A stretch of DNA of 64,000 nucleotides from an uncultured bacterium (GCA_943787795.1 CALSNU010000005.1:1-64000), one strand, 5' to 3'. Counted from the stretch's first letter, positions 48,666 to 57,748 are shown. Numbers and translations: made by a program. Notes: generated by a model not told the origin, from the letters alone.

Positions 48666-49538
48666 TCAACGGCGGACCACCTCGAACGGGGGCTTGGGGT
48701 AGACGGGTTCGAGCGTGCTGTTCTTCGTGGGGGACTCCAACGGAGTCGAGGCGCCGCCGCCTCAGCCGTACTCCATGGAGCCCGTCTCAAGGACGGTCTT
48801 GTCCCCACCGAGGAGCCGGTACTCCATGGGAATACGAGCGCCGGAGCGATAGATCGTCAGGCCCGCGCCGCTCGCGCCGCCGGCGCCCGTGATCTTGATC
48901 GCACCTCGCTTCCCCGTGACCTGCGAGGCGAGGTGGATGCGCGGATCGACGTCGAGCCGCGTGACCTTTCCCTCCACGATCTCGATCTTCTGGAGGGTCG
49001 CAGCCGTCGCCGAGATGTGCCAGTGGACACGCTTCTCGACCCGTTCGATCCGGTACGTCCGCAGCCGATAGGTGCCGGCGGGGAGGACACGGGGGTCCCT
49101 CCTCGCGCGGCCCTTGCCGCTCCAGGAGAGACGGTAGCTCTTGCCCTCCGCGTCGGTGAGGAAGAGGTCGCCGATGGGGATGTTGGCGGTCAGCGTGCCC
49201 TCACCCTTCCGCCGGCGCCTCTTGCTCGACAGCACCTCTGGCAGCTCAAGCGGGCGCGCGCTCAGGAACTCGATCAGGGCCGCACGGACCCGTTCGGGGG
49301 CGCCGCTTCAGGCGGTGTCCTTGACCTGATTCAGCCACGCGCGATCCCGCGGAAGCTCCGGGTCCGGCGGCAGGTGGCAGGCCATGCAGGAGCGCTGGAA
49401 GAGCTCCCCTGCCTGGGCGATCTCGGCGGCCTTGGGGCCGTCATCCTGCCTGACCGGCGAAGGCGCGAGTCGGGCGGCGGTGAGCGGGGCCGTCAGGGCC
49501 ATCAGGGCCGTCAAGGCGAGGAGGTTGAGGTGTTGCAT
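48666..49538 (-). CDS. Putative secreted monoheme cytochrome c selenoprotein with two Sec (U77, U259), 290 aa
   Basis: Signal peptide and CMACH. In-frame TGA 49308-49310 is followed by SGAPERVRAALIEFL; in-frame TGA 48762-48764 lies in MEYG-U-GGG. A hairpin follows each TGA. Final TGA at 48666-48668. Confidence 0.72.
48733..48747 (-). promoter_or_regulatory. SECIS-like hairpin 2
   Basis: GACUCC-[GUU]-GGAGUC perfect stem, with loop G 21 nt after the UGA. Confidence 0.65.
49271..49296 (-). promoter_or_regulatory. SECIS-like hairpin 1
   Basis: CGAAC-GGGUC-[CGUGC]-GGCCC-UGAUCG starts 12 nt after the UGA and has GU in the loop. Confidence 0.6.
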
Positions 49539-50413
49539 GGCAGCATGATTGGGCCTTTGGAGGCAGCGGGGTCCTTGGCCTGTCGCGCACGGGGGCCTCT
49601 GCCCGGCGCAGCGAGGCCTTGCCCCAGGATTTTGCCTGCGGGCGGCTCGCCGCGGTTCTCAGCCCTGCGAATGGCGTCAATCATCGTCGCTTACCGATGG
49701 TCTTGAAGTGACTTTGGGGCCGCGCTGGTCATCGCTCGTGCGCCTCCTCAGCGCCGCGCTTGAGCCTCTTCACCAAGGATGGAGCGGAGGAGCACTCGAT
49801 CCATGGGGTCGCGGTGGGGCGAAGGGCTGCGAGAGTCGAGCATGAGGCACCTATCGAGCGCGAGGCGCTGCCTTGGGCAATCGCGCAAACCCCGACCTCG
49901 TCATGATAAGCCCCAAACATACCTCTTGGAGAGCGACGGCGAGCCGGCATCTGTTCATGGACGCCGGGAGCCAGAGCGAGGAGAGTCGTTGGGGCTGGTG
50001 CGGGGCAATCCCGGCGGACGGTGAGCTCATGGCCTTGGCGGAGCTAGTTGCAGAGACGCGGCCAAGTGGGTGACGATCCTGGGCGCACGTCGTGACGGTC
50101 ACCTCCCGCCGCAGCGGGGCCAGGGACGGCCCCTGGAGCTCTTCACCGTCACGTCTACTGTCCCTAGTACCTCACATGACGGTCCCGCCATCGGTCCGGA
50201 CTCGCCCCAACACGAGCAGGGCTCTGCTCGGTCAGGCGAGCGTTGCGCTGCTCCGGCAAGACCTCCGGCAACTCCAACCGCAGGTGTGGCGCGGGGCCAT
50301 AGAGGGGGTATCCTCTCCCCCGGGAGCTGAATCATTGGACGGGATGTCCCCTCTCGGCCCTTCTCCCCGCCGCGATGAAACAGCCTCGTTCGGTCCACCG
50401 CGAGGATAGGTCG

Positions 50414-51283
50414 ATGCCCGGAGCCTTCGATATGCAAGATGATCCGAACACCACCGTGGACTGGGATGCATGGTCGGAGAGACGGGGCTTGACGCTCGAC
50501 GGCGGAATCTGGCACTCGGGTACGCAGCGGGAGGTTTCCTACAGCGCCGATGGGCACTCCGAGTGCTTCGGGGTCGAGGAGGGGTCATTCTGGTTCAAGC
50601 ACCGGAACAAGTGCATCGGCGCGGTCGCCCAGAGGTTCCTCACAGAGCCGTCGTCGGGACTGGTCGAGGTGGGGGGCGGAAACGGGTACGTCGCCCAGTA
50701 CCTGACGCAGAGCGGCGTCCCGACTCTGGTGGTCGAACCGGGAGCCGTGGGCGCGATGAACGCCGCAGGGCGGGGCCTGACGGTGATCCGTGGACTCCTC
50801 GGTGATCTGCCCGTGCCGGAGTCATCGATTCCCGCTTGGGGGCTCTTTGACGTCCTTGAACATGTCGAGGGCGAGCTTGAACTCCTGGAGACCATGCGGC
50901 GGTGCTCCACAGGCGATGCGAAGCTGCTGATCACCGTGCCCGCCTTCGGGTGGCTCTGGTCGGATGAGGATCGGGATGCTGGGCACTACCGTAGGTACTC
51001 CCGTCCCGGCCTGGCACGGGTCATGAGGGAGGCCGGATGGGAGGCGACCTGGAGCAGCTACTTCTTCTCCTGGCTCCCTGCGGTGCAAGTACCACTGCGC
51101 GTTATCCCAAGTCGCCTTGGCTTCTACAGGGGCAGCAGCGCCAGAGCTCAGCAGGCGCAGCACTCCCCGGGGATTCTCGCGCCGGTCGTTGCTGGGTCGC
51201 TTTCCTGGGAGTCGAGCCTCTTTCGGAGGGGAGCGAGGATTCCCTTTGGCGGTTCGATTATCGGCGTCTTCACACCTCGCTGA
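50414..51283 (+). CDS. Class I SAM-dependent methyltransferase
   Basis: Motifs SFWFKHRN, VEVGGGNG, FDVLEHVE, ITVPA and GHYRRY. Confidence 0.88.
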   Translation: MPGAFDMQDDPNTTVDWDAWSERRGLTLDGGIWHSGTQREVSYSADGHSECFGVEEGSFWFKHRNKCIGAVAQRFLTEPSSGLVEVGGGNGYVAQYLTQSGVPTLVVEPGAVGAMNAAGRGLTVIRGLLGDLPVPESSIPAWGLFDVLEHVEGELELLETMRRCSTGDAKLLITVPAFGWLWSDEDRDAGHYRRYSRPGLARVMREAGWEATWSSYFFSWLPAVQVPLRVIPSRLGFYRGSSARAQQAQHSPGILAPVVAGSLSWESSLFRRGARIPFGGSIIGVFTPR

Positions 51284-51486
51284 GAGAGAGCAGGACGTGC
51301 CTGGGCGCGTTTGTCGCTGAGCGTGAGACAGCGAACGAGGGGGGGCGCGGCTCCCTGACCGAACGGTGGGGTGGCGGCTTGGCAGACCTGGACCCAAGCG
51401 GCCCCGCGGGGGACCTGCGCTCCGTCTCGGCCGCGAACGGTTCCCCGCTGGGTGGGCCGTTCGTGGGACCAGCCCCCGAGGGAGAC

Positions 51487-53208
51487 TCACTCGAAGGTGA
51501 TCCGGACGCCGTCGGTGAAGTTGGAGGTGGCGAAGAAGATGGCGGTGTCGCGGTGCCAGGCCTGGAAGGACCAGCTCTCGCCCGCGACGGCGGCGACCGC
51601 TCCGGTGGGCTGGGGGATGGCCCCGAGGTCGAGGGTCAGGGAGAACGAGCCGGCGGTGCCGGTGTTCAAAATCTGCCCCGCGCCCACGTAGCGACCGATG
51701 GAGCCGGAGAGGCACAGGTTGCCGGCGCTGCCGCCGGGGTTCAGGGCGAAGCCGCGGGTGCGGCTGGCGATGAAGAAACCGAAGGCGTTCAGCGGCAGGC
51801 GCGAGGCCGTGAGGGTCACGTTGTTCTGGCTGACGTCCAGGGAGCCGCTGGCGTCGGTGCGCCCGGTGAGCCCCGTGGAGTTGGGGTTGGCGAAGCAGAA
51901 GACCGCGCCGATGTTGCTGCTGGCCTCGTACGCACCCATGTCGACGATGGGCGCGGTGCCCGCGCCGGTGTCGGCGACGGAGGGCTCGTCGAAGCGGCGG
52001 CGGGCGCCGTCGGCGTCGGTCTCGGTGCCGGGGAGCAGGCTGGCGTTGTCGCCGGCGTCGATGCCGGGAGAGGGGACCTGCAGCCGGAAGTTCCCGGCGG
52101 CCTGGTCCACGAAGAGCGGCGCCGCGCTGATGTTGCCGGTGCCGGTGAAGCCGCCCTCGACCAGGCAGTGGCGGACGTTGGCGCCGTTGGACACCTGGTT
52201 GAACGGACCCTGCGCGCCGCCGGGGCCGGTATTGGCCCAGACGATCGAGTTGCGGATCGTCGGGGTGGCGCCCTGGACGCGGATGCCGCCAGCGGCCTGG
52301 GAGGTGGCGCTGTTGCCGACGATGGTGCAGTTGCGTACGCGGGTCGAACCGCCGGAGCCAATCCAGAGGGCCCCGCCGCCCGACGAGCCGGTGGCGACGT
52401 TGCCCGTGAAGACCGAGTTGAGCACCGAGACGCTGCCCGTGGAGAAGATCTCCAGGGCGCCCGCGCGGGACGCGCGGTTGTTCTCGAACCAGCAGCCGTC
52501 GAAGACCACCGCGCCGCCCGTGGCAATGTCAAAGGCGCCGCCGAAGGCGCCGCCGACGTTCTCGCGGAACGAGCAGTTGATGAAGTCCGGACCAGAGCTG
52601 TTGATGTACCCCGCGCCGCCGCCGAAGGTGCAGCGGTTCGCGACGAAGTCGCAGTTCCGGATGGTCGGATTGACGCCGCCCACGCACAGGATCCCGCCGC
52701 CGCGGTCGGCGCTGCCGCCGGAGCTCCCGTTGGAGTTGCCCCCGGTGATGGTGAAGCCGTCGAGGACCGCCGAGGCGTTGGTCGTCTGGGTGCGGACCAC
52801 GTGGTACGAGTTCTCGGCGTTGCCGCTGAAGTTCGGGCCGTCGTTACCGTTCAGGTCCGCCGTCAGGATCGAGGGGGCGAAGCCGAAGGCGGGGCGCTCG
52901 TCAGGGGAGGACTCGCCGCCGGCGAAGCCGCCGTAGATCTCCACGTCGTTCTGCAGGCGGAAGGAGAGCGCCCGGCTCCCCGTGCTGTTCGTGCGGTAGA
53001 GCCCCTCGGCCACGAAGACCTCGTCTCCGGGGGTGGTCACGGCCAGGGCGGCCTGGAGGCCGTCGGTGCCCTGGAAGGCGTCGGCCCACGAGGACCCGTC
53101 GTTGGCGCCGGTGGTCAGGTTGGCGTCCACGTGCACGGTCTGAGCGGCGGCGGCGCCCATGAGGGCGAGGGCGGGGACGAGGTGGGCAGCGAGCTGGTTC
53201 AGGCGCAT
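51487..53208 (-). CDS. Secreted right-handed beta-helix (pectin-lyase-like) protein with planctomycete-type C-terminal domain
   Basis: DGSSWADAF, repeated F..N.A..GGA units, SPGIDAG..VDMGAYE, then FCFANPNSTG..FQAWHRD..SNFTDG. Confidence 0.82.
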   Translation of the reverse strand: MRLNQLAAHLVPALALMGAAAAQTVHVDANLTTGANDGSSWADAFQGTDGLQAALAVTTPGDEVFVAEGLYRTNSTGSRALSFRLQNDVEIYGGFAGGESSPDERPAFGFAPSILTADLNGNDGPNFSGNAENSYHVVRTQTTNASAVLDGFTITGGNSNGSSGGSADRGGGILCVGGVNPTIRNCDFVANRCTFGGGAGYINSSGPDFINCSFRENVGGAFGGAFDIATGGAVVFDGCWFENNRASRAGALEIFSTGSVSVLNSVFTGNVATGSSGGGALWIGSGGSTRVRNCTIVGNSATSQAAGGIRVQGATPTIRNSIVWANTGPGGAQGPFNQVSNGANVRHCLVEGGFTGTGNISAAPLFVDQAAGNFRLQVPSPGIDAGDNASLLPGTETDADGARRRFDEPSVADTGAGTAPIVDMGAYEASSNIGAVFCFANPNSTGLTGRTDASGSLDVSQNNVTLTASRLPLNAFGFFIASRTRGFALNPGGSAGNLCLSGSIGRYVGAGQILNTGTAGSFSLTLDLGAIPQPTGAVAAVAGESWSFQAWHRDTAIFFATSNFTDGVRITFE

Positions 53209-53401
53209 GGTCGGGGGCCTCAGGTAGGTGGGACCTTCGGTCGAGAGGAGATGCCGTCCAGGGAGCGGAGGCTACCCCATTCCAACCGCCCAGGGGCGGC
53301 GAGGGGGCACTCCAGGGCAGATTGCGTGCCCCCGTGTCTCGATCACGGTCCATCCCGGGACGCCGGCCCCGCGGACCGGTCAGACGCTATCCTCGCGCCC
53401 G

Positions 53402-54235
53402 ATGCCCCGCTCGTCTCTCCGCTCTGCGCTGACGCCCCGGCGCGCCCTCATGGCGCTGGGGCTGCTGCTCGTGGTGCCGGGGTGCGGTCGCGACCTCGAA
53501 CAGGCGTCGAACGGCGGCGAGGCCGAGTTGACCGTCGCCGCGGCCTCGAGCCTCGCGGTGGTGGTCCAGGGGCTCCTGGATGGCTGGGCCGAAGCGGGAG
53601 GATCGCCCGCGCGTCTGACCCTCGGGCCGAGCTCGACCCTCGCGCGGCAGCTCGAGGAGGGGGCGCCCTATGAGGTGTTCCTCTCCGCGGACGAGCGGTG
53701 GATCGATGAGCTCATCGGGAGCGGGCGGCTCGACGGAGCGTCGCGGGTGGAGCTGGCCCAGGGCCGGCTCGTGGTGGCCGTGCAGGCGGGGCTGGCCGCT
53801 GGCTCGGCCAGGACGACCGCGGCGTCGGCCACCGATGGGGTGTTCCCCGACGGGCGCTGGGCCACAGGGGACCCCGCCTTCGTTCCCCTGGGTCAGTACG
53901 CCAGGGAGGCGCTGGTAGCGCGCGCCGAGTGGTCGACCTTGTCCACCCGGATGATCCCGGCCGGCAGCGCGCGGGCGGCTCTGCGGCTGGTGGAGCGGGG
54001 CGAGGTGGACTGGGGGGTCTTGTACCGCTCGGACGCGGCCGGCTCGGCCAAGGTCCGGGTTCTCTTCGAGGTCGGCGAGGAGCTCCACCGGCCGATCCGT
54101 TACTGCGCTGCTGCGACGCCCCGCGCCGGCGCCAGCGCCAGGCGGTTCCTCGACGAGCTCGCCGGGCGCGAGGCGACCGAGAGGTTCGCGGCCCACGGTT
54201 TCGCGCCCCGCGCCGGGGGGGGCCGCCAGCGATGA
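53402..54235 (+). CDS. modA: Molybdate ABC transporter substrate-binding lipoprotein
   Basis: Motifs VAAASSL, GPSSTLARQ, FLSAD, VPLGQYA and YRSDA. Confidence 0.92.
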   Translation: MPRSSLRSALTPRRALMALGLLLVVPGCGRDLEQASNGGEAELTVAAASSLAVVVQGLLDGWAEAGGSPARLTLGPSSTLARQLEEGAPYEVFLSADERWIDELIGSGRLDGASRVELAQGRLVVAVQAGLAAGSARTTAASATDGVFPDGRWATGDPAFVPLGQYAREALVARAEWSTLSTRMIPAGSARAALRLVERGEVDWGVLYRSDAAGSAKVRVLFEVGEELHRPIRYCAAATPRAGASARRFLDELAGREATERFAAHGFAPRAGGGRQR

Positions 54236-54939
54236 GCGCGGTTGCCGTCCTCTCGCCAGCCGAGTGGGAGACCCTGTGGCTCTCCCTCCAGGTCAGCCTC
54301 GCGGCCACGGCAGCGGTGGCGGGACCCGGCGTGGCCCTGGGATGGCTGCTCGCCCGCAGGGAGTTCCCCGGCAAGCTGCTCCTGGACACCCTCGTACACC
54401 TGCCGCTGGTGCTGACCCCGGTGGTGGTGGGGTATCTCTTGCTCCTGACCTTCGGGCGCTCCGGCCCCCTGGGACCGCTGCTCGAGGCCCTCGGGATCGA
54501 GGTGGCCTTCACCACCCTCGGGGCGGTGCTGGCGGCGGCGGTCGTGGCGCTCCCGCTGGTGGTGCGCTCGGTGCGGACGGCGGTGGAGCTGGTGGACCCT
54601 GGCCTGGAGGACGCCGCCGCGGTGCTGGGCGCCGGGCCGCTGCGGCGCTTCCGGACGGTGACCCTGCCGCTGGCCGCGCCCGGGGTGGTCGCGGGCCTCA
54701 CGCTCGGCTTCGCCCGCAGCCTCGGGGAGTTCGGGGCCACCATCACCCTCGCGGGCAGCATCGCGGGGGAGACGCGCACGCTGCCCCTGGCGATCTTCCA
54801 GGGCACCCAGGTCCCGGGAGGCGACGGCGCGGCCCTGCGGCTGACCGTGGTGTCGGTGCTCCTCTCGGCGGCGGCGCTCCTCGCCAGCGAGCTGGTGGTA
54901 CGTCGCCTCCGGCGCGGCGCGGGCGGAGGCCAGACATGA
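54232..54939 (+). CDS. modB: Molybdate ABC transporter permease
   Basis: Motifs LPLVLTPVVVG, FARSLGEFGAT and TLPLAI. Confidence 0.94.
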   Translation: MSAVAVLSPAEWETLWLSLQVSLAATAAVAGPGVALGWLLARREFPGKLLLDTLVHLPLVLTPVVVGYLLLLTFGRSGPLGPLLEALGIEVAFTTLGAVLAAAVVALPLVVRSVRTAVELVDPGLEDAAAVLGAGPLRRFRTVTLPLAAPGVVAGLTLGFARSLGEFGATITLAGSIAGETRTLPLAIFQGTQVPGGDGAALRLTVVSVLLSAAALLASELVVRRLRRGAGGGQT

Positions 54940-56069
54940 GCGGGCTCGAGATCCGCGCGCTCGTCCAGCGAGGCGGCTTCGACCTCGACCTCGACCTCCG
55001 CCTCGGGCGAGGGGCCACCGGGGTGTTCGGCCCCTCGGGCGCGGGCAAGTCCACGCTGCTCCACGCTATCGCGGGTCTGCTCCCCGCCGAGCAGCTGCGC
55101 GTCGCGGTGGACGGAGAGGTCCTGGTCGACGCGGCCGCCGGCGTCTCCCCGCCGCCTCACCAGCGCCGGGTCGGGCTGGTCTTCCAGGATCACCGCCTGT
55201 TCCCTCACCTCTCCATCGCGCGCAACCTCCGCTACGGCGAGTCCGCGGGCGGCGGCGTCGACCTCGACGAGGTGGTGGACCTGCTTGACCTCGGGGAGCT
55301 CCTCGAGCGCCTCCCGCGGGACTGTTCGGGCGGACAGCGGCAGCGCGTGGCCATCGGGCGGGCGCTGCTGGCGGCGCCGCGGCTGCTCTTGCTCGACGAG
55401 CCGCTCTCCAGCCTCGACCGCGGCCTCAAGCTCCAGGTGCTGCCGTTCTTGCGGCGGGTGCAGGAGCGGTTCGGGCTGCCGACGCTGATGGTCAGCCACG
55501 ACCTCTCGGACCTCCTGGCGCTCACCGACGAGCTGCTCCTGGTCAACGGTGGGCGGGCGGCAGGCCAGGGCGACCTCCCGTCCATCGCCGCCGACCAGGG
55601 CGCGGTGGAGCTGCTCGCGGGCAGCGGGCTGTCGTTCTCGCTCCCGGGCCGGATGGCCCGGCGGGACGGGACGGGGCTGGGATGGGTCGAGCTTGCGAGC
55701 CGCGCAGGTGAAGGGCTTGGCGACCCGGGGTGCTGTGAGGTGGCGTGCGGGGAGGTGACCGCAGAGATCGGGGATGAGGTGGAGGTCATCCTCGGTCCCG
55801 CCGACATCGTCCTCGCGGTGCCGCCCATGGACGCGCGGCTGTCCCTCACGAACCACCTCCTTGGCACCGTGGAGAGGATCACGCGGACGGCGGCGCGGTG
55901 CCTCGTTCAGGTGGACTGCGGCCTCGAGGCGCCCGTGCTGGCCGAGGTCACCGAGCGCGCGGTGGAGCGACTCGAGCTGGCCCCCGGGGTGCCGGTGGTC
56001 GCGCTCTTCAAGGCCCAGGCCGCCAGAGCGCGGGGGCTCGGCGCCCAGCGCCCCGGGCCCGCTCGCTGA
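54936..56069 (+). CDS. modC: Molybdate ABC transporter ATP-binding protein
   Basis: Motifs GPSGAGKST, FQDHRLFPHL, SGGQRQR and LLDEP, with a C-terminal TOBE/Mop domain (LSLTN..ALFKA). Confidence 0.93.
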   Translation: MSGLEIRALVQRGGFDLDLDLRLGRGATGVFGPSGAGKSTLLHAIAGLLPAEQLRVAVDGEVLVDAAAGVSPPPHQRRVGLVFQDHRLFPHLSIARNLRYGESAGGGVDLDEVVDLLDLGELLERLPRDCSGGQRQRVAIGRALLAAPRLLLLDEPLSSLDRGLKLQVLPFLRRVQERFGLPTLMVSHDLSDLLALTDELLLVNGGRAAGQGDLPSIAADQGAVELLAGSGLSFSLPGRMARRDGTGLGWVELASRAGEGLGDPGCCEVACGEVTAEIGDEVEVILGPADIVLAVPPMDARLSLTNHLLGTVERITRTAARCLVQVDCGLEAPVLAEVTERAVERLELAPGVPVVALFKAQAARARGLGAQRPGPAR

Positions 56070-56221
56070 GCGATCCTTCCGGGGCGGACGAGGCTGGCTG
56101 GGGTGCGGTGCCGGTGCGGCTGAGGCGCGGATGAAGCGCGAGTGAGGCGCGGCCGGGGTGGGGCCAGGATGCGGCGGGGGCAACACGGAGTCTCGACTGT
56201 GCTTTGACGGAGCCCCGAGGG

Positions 56222-56286
56222 AACTCTCGGCTGGAGCTCTCGGCTGGGGTTCTCGGCTGGGACTCTCGACTGGAGCCCTCGATTGG
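56222..56286. repeat. 13-bp tandem repeat (NNNN-CTCGGCTGG) x5
   Basis: Cores at 56226, 56239, 56252, 56265 and 56278. Confidence 0.8.
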
Positions 56287-56352
56287 GGCCGTGCCGGCGC
56301 TCGGCCTTGGCGCGAGCACGGCGGGGCCCGCGTTCCCGTATGCTCGCCAGCC

Positions 56353-56709
56353 ATGCGGGACCTCCTCTTCGTGGGCTGCGGTGGATTCATCGGCGCCGTG
56401 GCGCGCTACGGCGTGTCACGGGCGCTGGCCGGCGCCGCGCTGCCGTTCGGGACGCTGCTCGTGAACGTGGTGGGGAGCTTCGCCATCGGGGCCCTGTGGG
56501 CCTGGATCGAGGCGGGGAACGGACACGAGAGCCACCGCCAGTTCGTCGCGGTCGGCCTGCTCGGCGCGCTCACGACGTTCAGCACCTTCAGCCTCGAGGT
56601 GGTCCTGCTGATGCGGGACGGCTCCTTGGGGACCGCGGCGCTCGTGGTGGCGCTGAACGTCGTGCTCGCGGTGGGCGCGGCGCGATTGGGGATGGCGCTC
56701 GTCGGTTGA
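56353..56709 (+). CDS. crcB: Fluoride channel Fluc/CrcB
   Basis: Motifs GGFIGAVARY, GTLLVNVVGSF and GLLGALTTFSTF. Confidence 0.95.
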   Translation: MRDLLFVGCGGFIGAVARYGVSRALAGAALPFGTLLVNVVGSFAIGALWAWIEAGNGHESHRQFVAVGLLGALTTFSTFSLEVVLLMRDGSLGTAALVVALNVVLAVGAARLGMALVG

Positions 56710-56713
56710 TCTG

Positions 56714-57655
56714 GTGAGGTACGCCGTGCTCTTCAACCCGATCGCCGGCCGAGGCCGCGCGGTACAGGTCGCGGGATCGGTCGGCGCGCGGCTTCAGGTG
56801 CTCGGCCACGAGTCGTTCGAGCGGCGTTCGGAGCACGCCGGCCACATTCGCGAGCTGGCGGCGCAGGTCGCAGGGGAGGTGGATCGGGTCCTGGTCCTCG
56901 GTGGGGACGGGTCGCTCCGCGAGGCGGCCGCGGGCCTGCTGGAGCTGGACGCTTCGGCTCGCCCGGCGCTCGGCGTGCTGCCCTTTGGCACCGGGAACGT
57001 GGTGGCCCGGGAGCTCGGGCTCCCCCTGGACCCGGTCGCGGCCATCGACGTGATCGCCGCGGCGGGAGCCGTCGACTGGGACGTCGGGCTCGCGCGAGCG
57101 GATGGGGGCGCCGAGGAGGTCTTCCTCGCGATGGCGGGCTTTGGCTTCGACGCCGGGATCTCTGCCAGGATCGACGCGGCGCGTGGATCGCGCCTCGGGG
57201 CTCGCTGGTACCGGTGGTCCGCCAGCTCCCTCTACGGGTGGTGCGGCGTGCGTGAGCTGCTGCGCCTCGCGCCGCCGCGGTTCGAGGTCTCGGTGGAGGG
57301 CGACCTCGTGGCGAGCCGGGCGGTCTCCGCCGTGGTCTCGAACACCCGCACCTATGGCAAGTCCATGTGGCTCTCACCGGGCGCGCGCCCGGACGACGGT
57401 CGGCTCGACGTCCACGTGCGCGAGCGCGCGAACCCGCTGGTTGGCGCGGCCGTGCTGGCCCTCGCGCAGCTGCAGCGTCCCATATCGAGGAGCCTCGCGG
57501 TCGACGCCCCCGGGGGCCGTGCCCGCGTCGGTTCGCTCACCGGCGGACCTCCCGTCGCGTGGCAGCTCGACGGGGACCGGATGGATGCGGCGCGAGAGAT
57601 CGAGCTAGAGCTCGCGGCGGGAGCCCTCCGGGTCATCGGCAACGTCGAGGCCTGA
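56714..57655 (+). CDS. Diacylglycerol kinase family lipid kinase
   Basis: Motifs NPIAG, GGDGS, PFGTGN, GFGFDA and QLDGD. Confidence 0.92.
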   Translation: MRYAVLFNPIAGRGRAVQVAGSVGARLQVLGHESFERRSEHAGHIRELAAQVAGEVDRVLVLGGDGSLREAAAGLLELDASARPALGVLPFGTGNVVARELGLPLDPVAAIDVIAAAGAVDWDVGLARADGGAEEVFLAMAGFGFDAGISARIDAARGSRLGARWYRWSASSLYGWCGVRELLRLAPPRFEVSVEGDLVASRAVSAVVSNTRTYGKSMWLSPGARPDDGRLDVHVRERANPLVGAAVLALAQLQRPISRSLAVDAPGGRARVGSLTGGPPVAWQLDGDRMDAAREIELELAAGALRVIGNVEA

Positions 57656-57748
57656 TGCGGTCGAGGCCCGACGCGATCGAGGCCTGAAACGGTCGGCGCC
57701 GAGAAGGTGCGGGGAGCTCCGGTGCGCCCGATCCTCGTGGGGTGCCCG

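Noticed and set aside
48411..48668. Readthrough of the third TGA (48666) of the cytochrome gene
   Set aside because: The downstream translation is not protein-like, runs antisense into ychF, and has no comparable hairpin.
49545..50400. IS element or transposase remnant
   Set aside because: No transposase motifs or terminal inverted repeats were recognised.
53209..53401. Moco riboswitch or ModE box upstream of modA
   Set aside because: No recognisable consensus.
56070..56352. Fluoride riboswitch upstream of crcB
   Set aside because: The consensus motif was not found.
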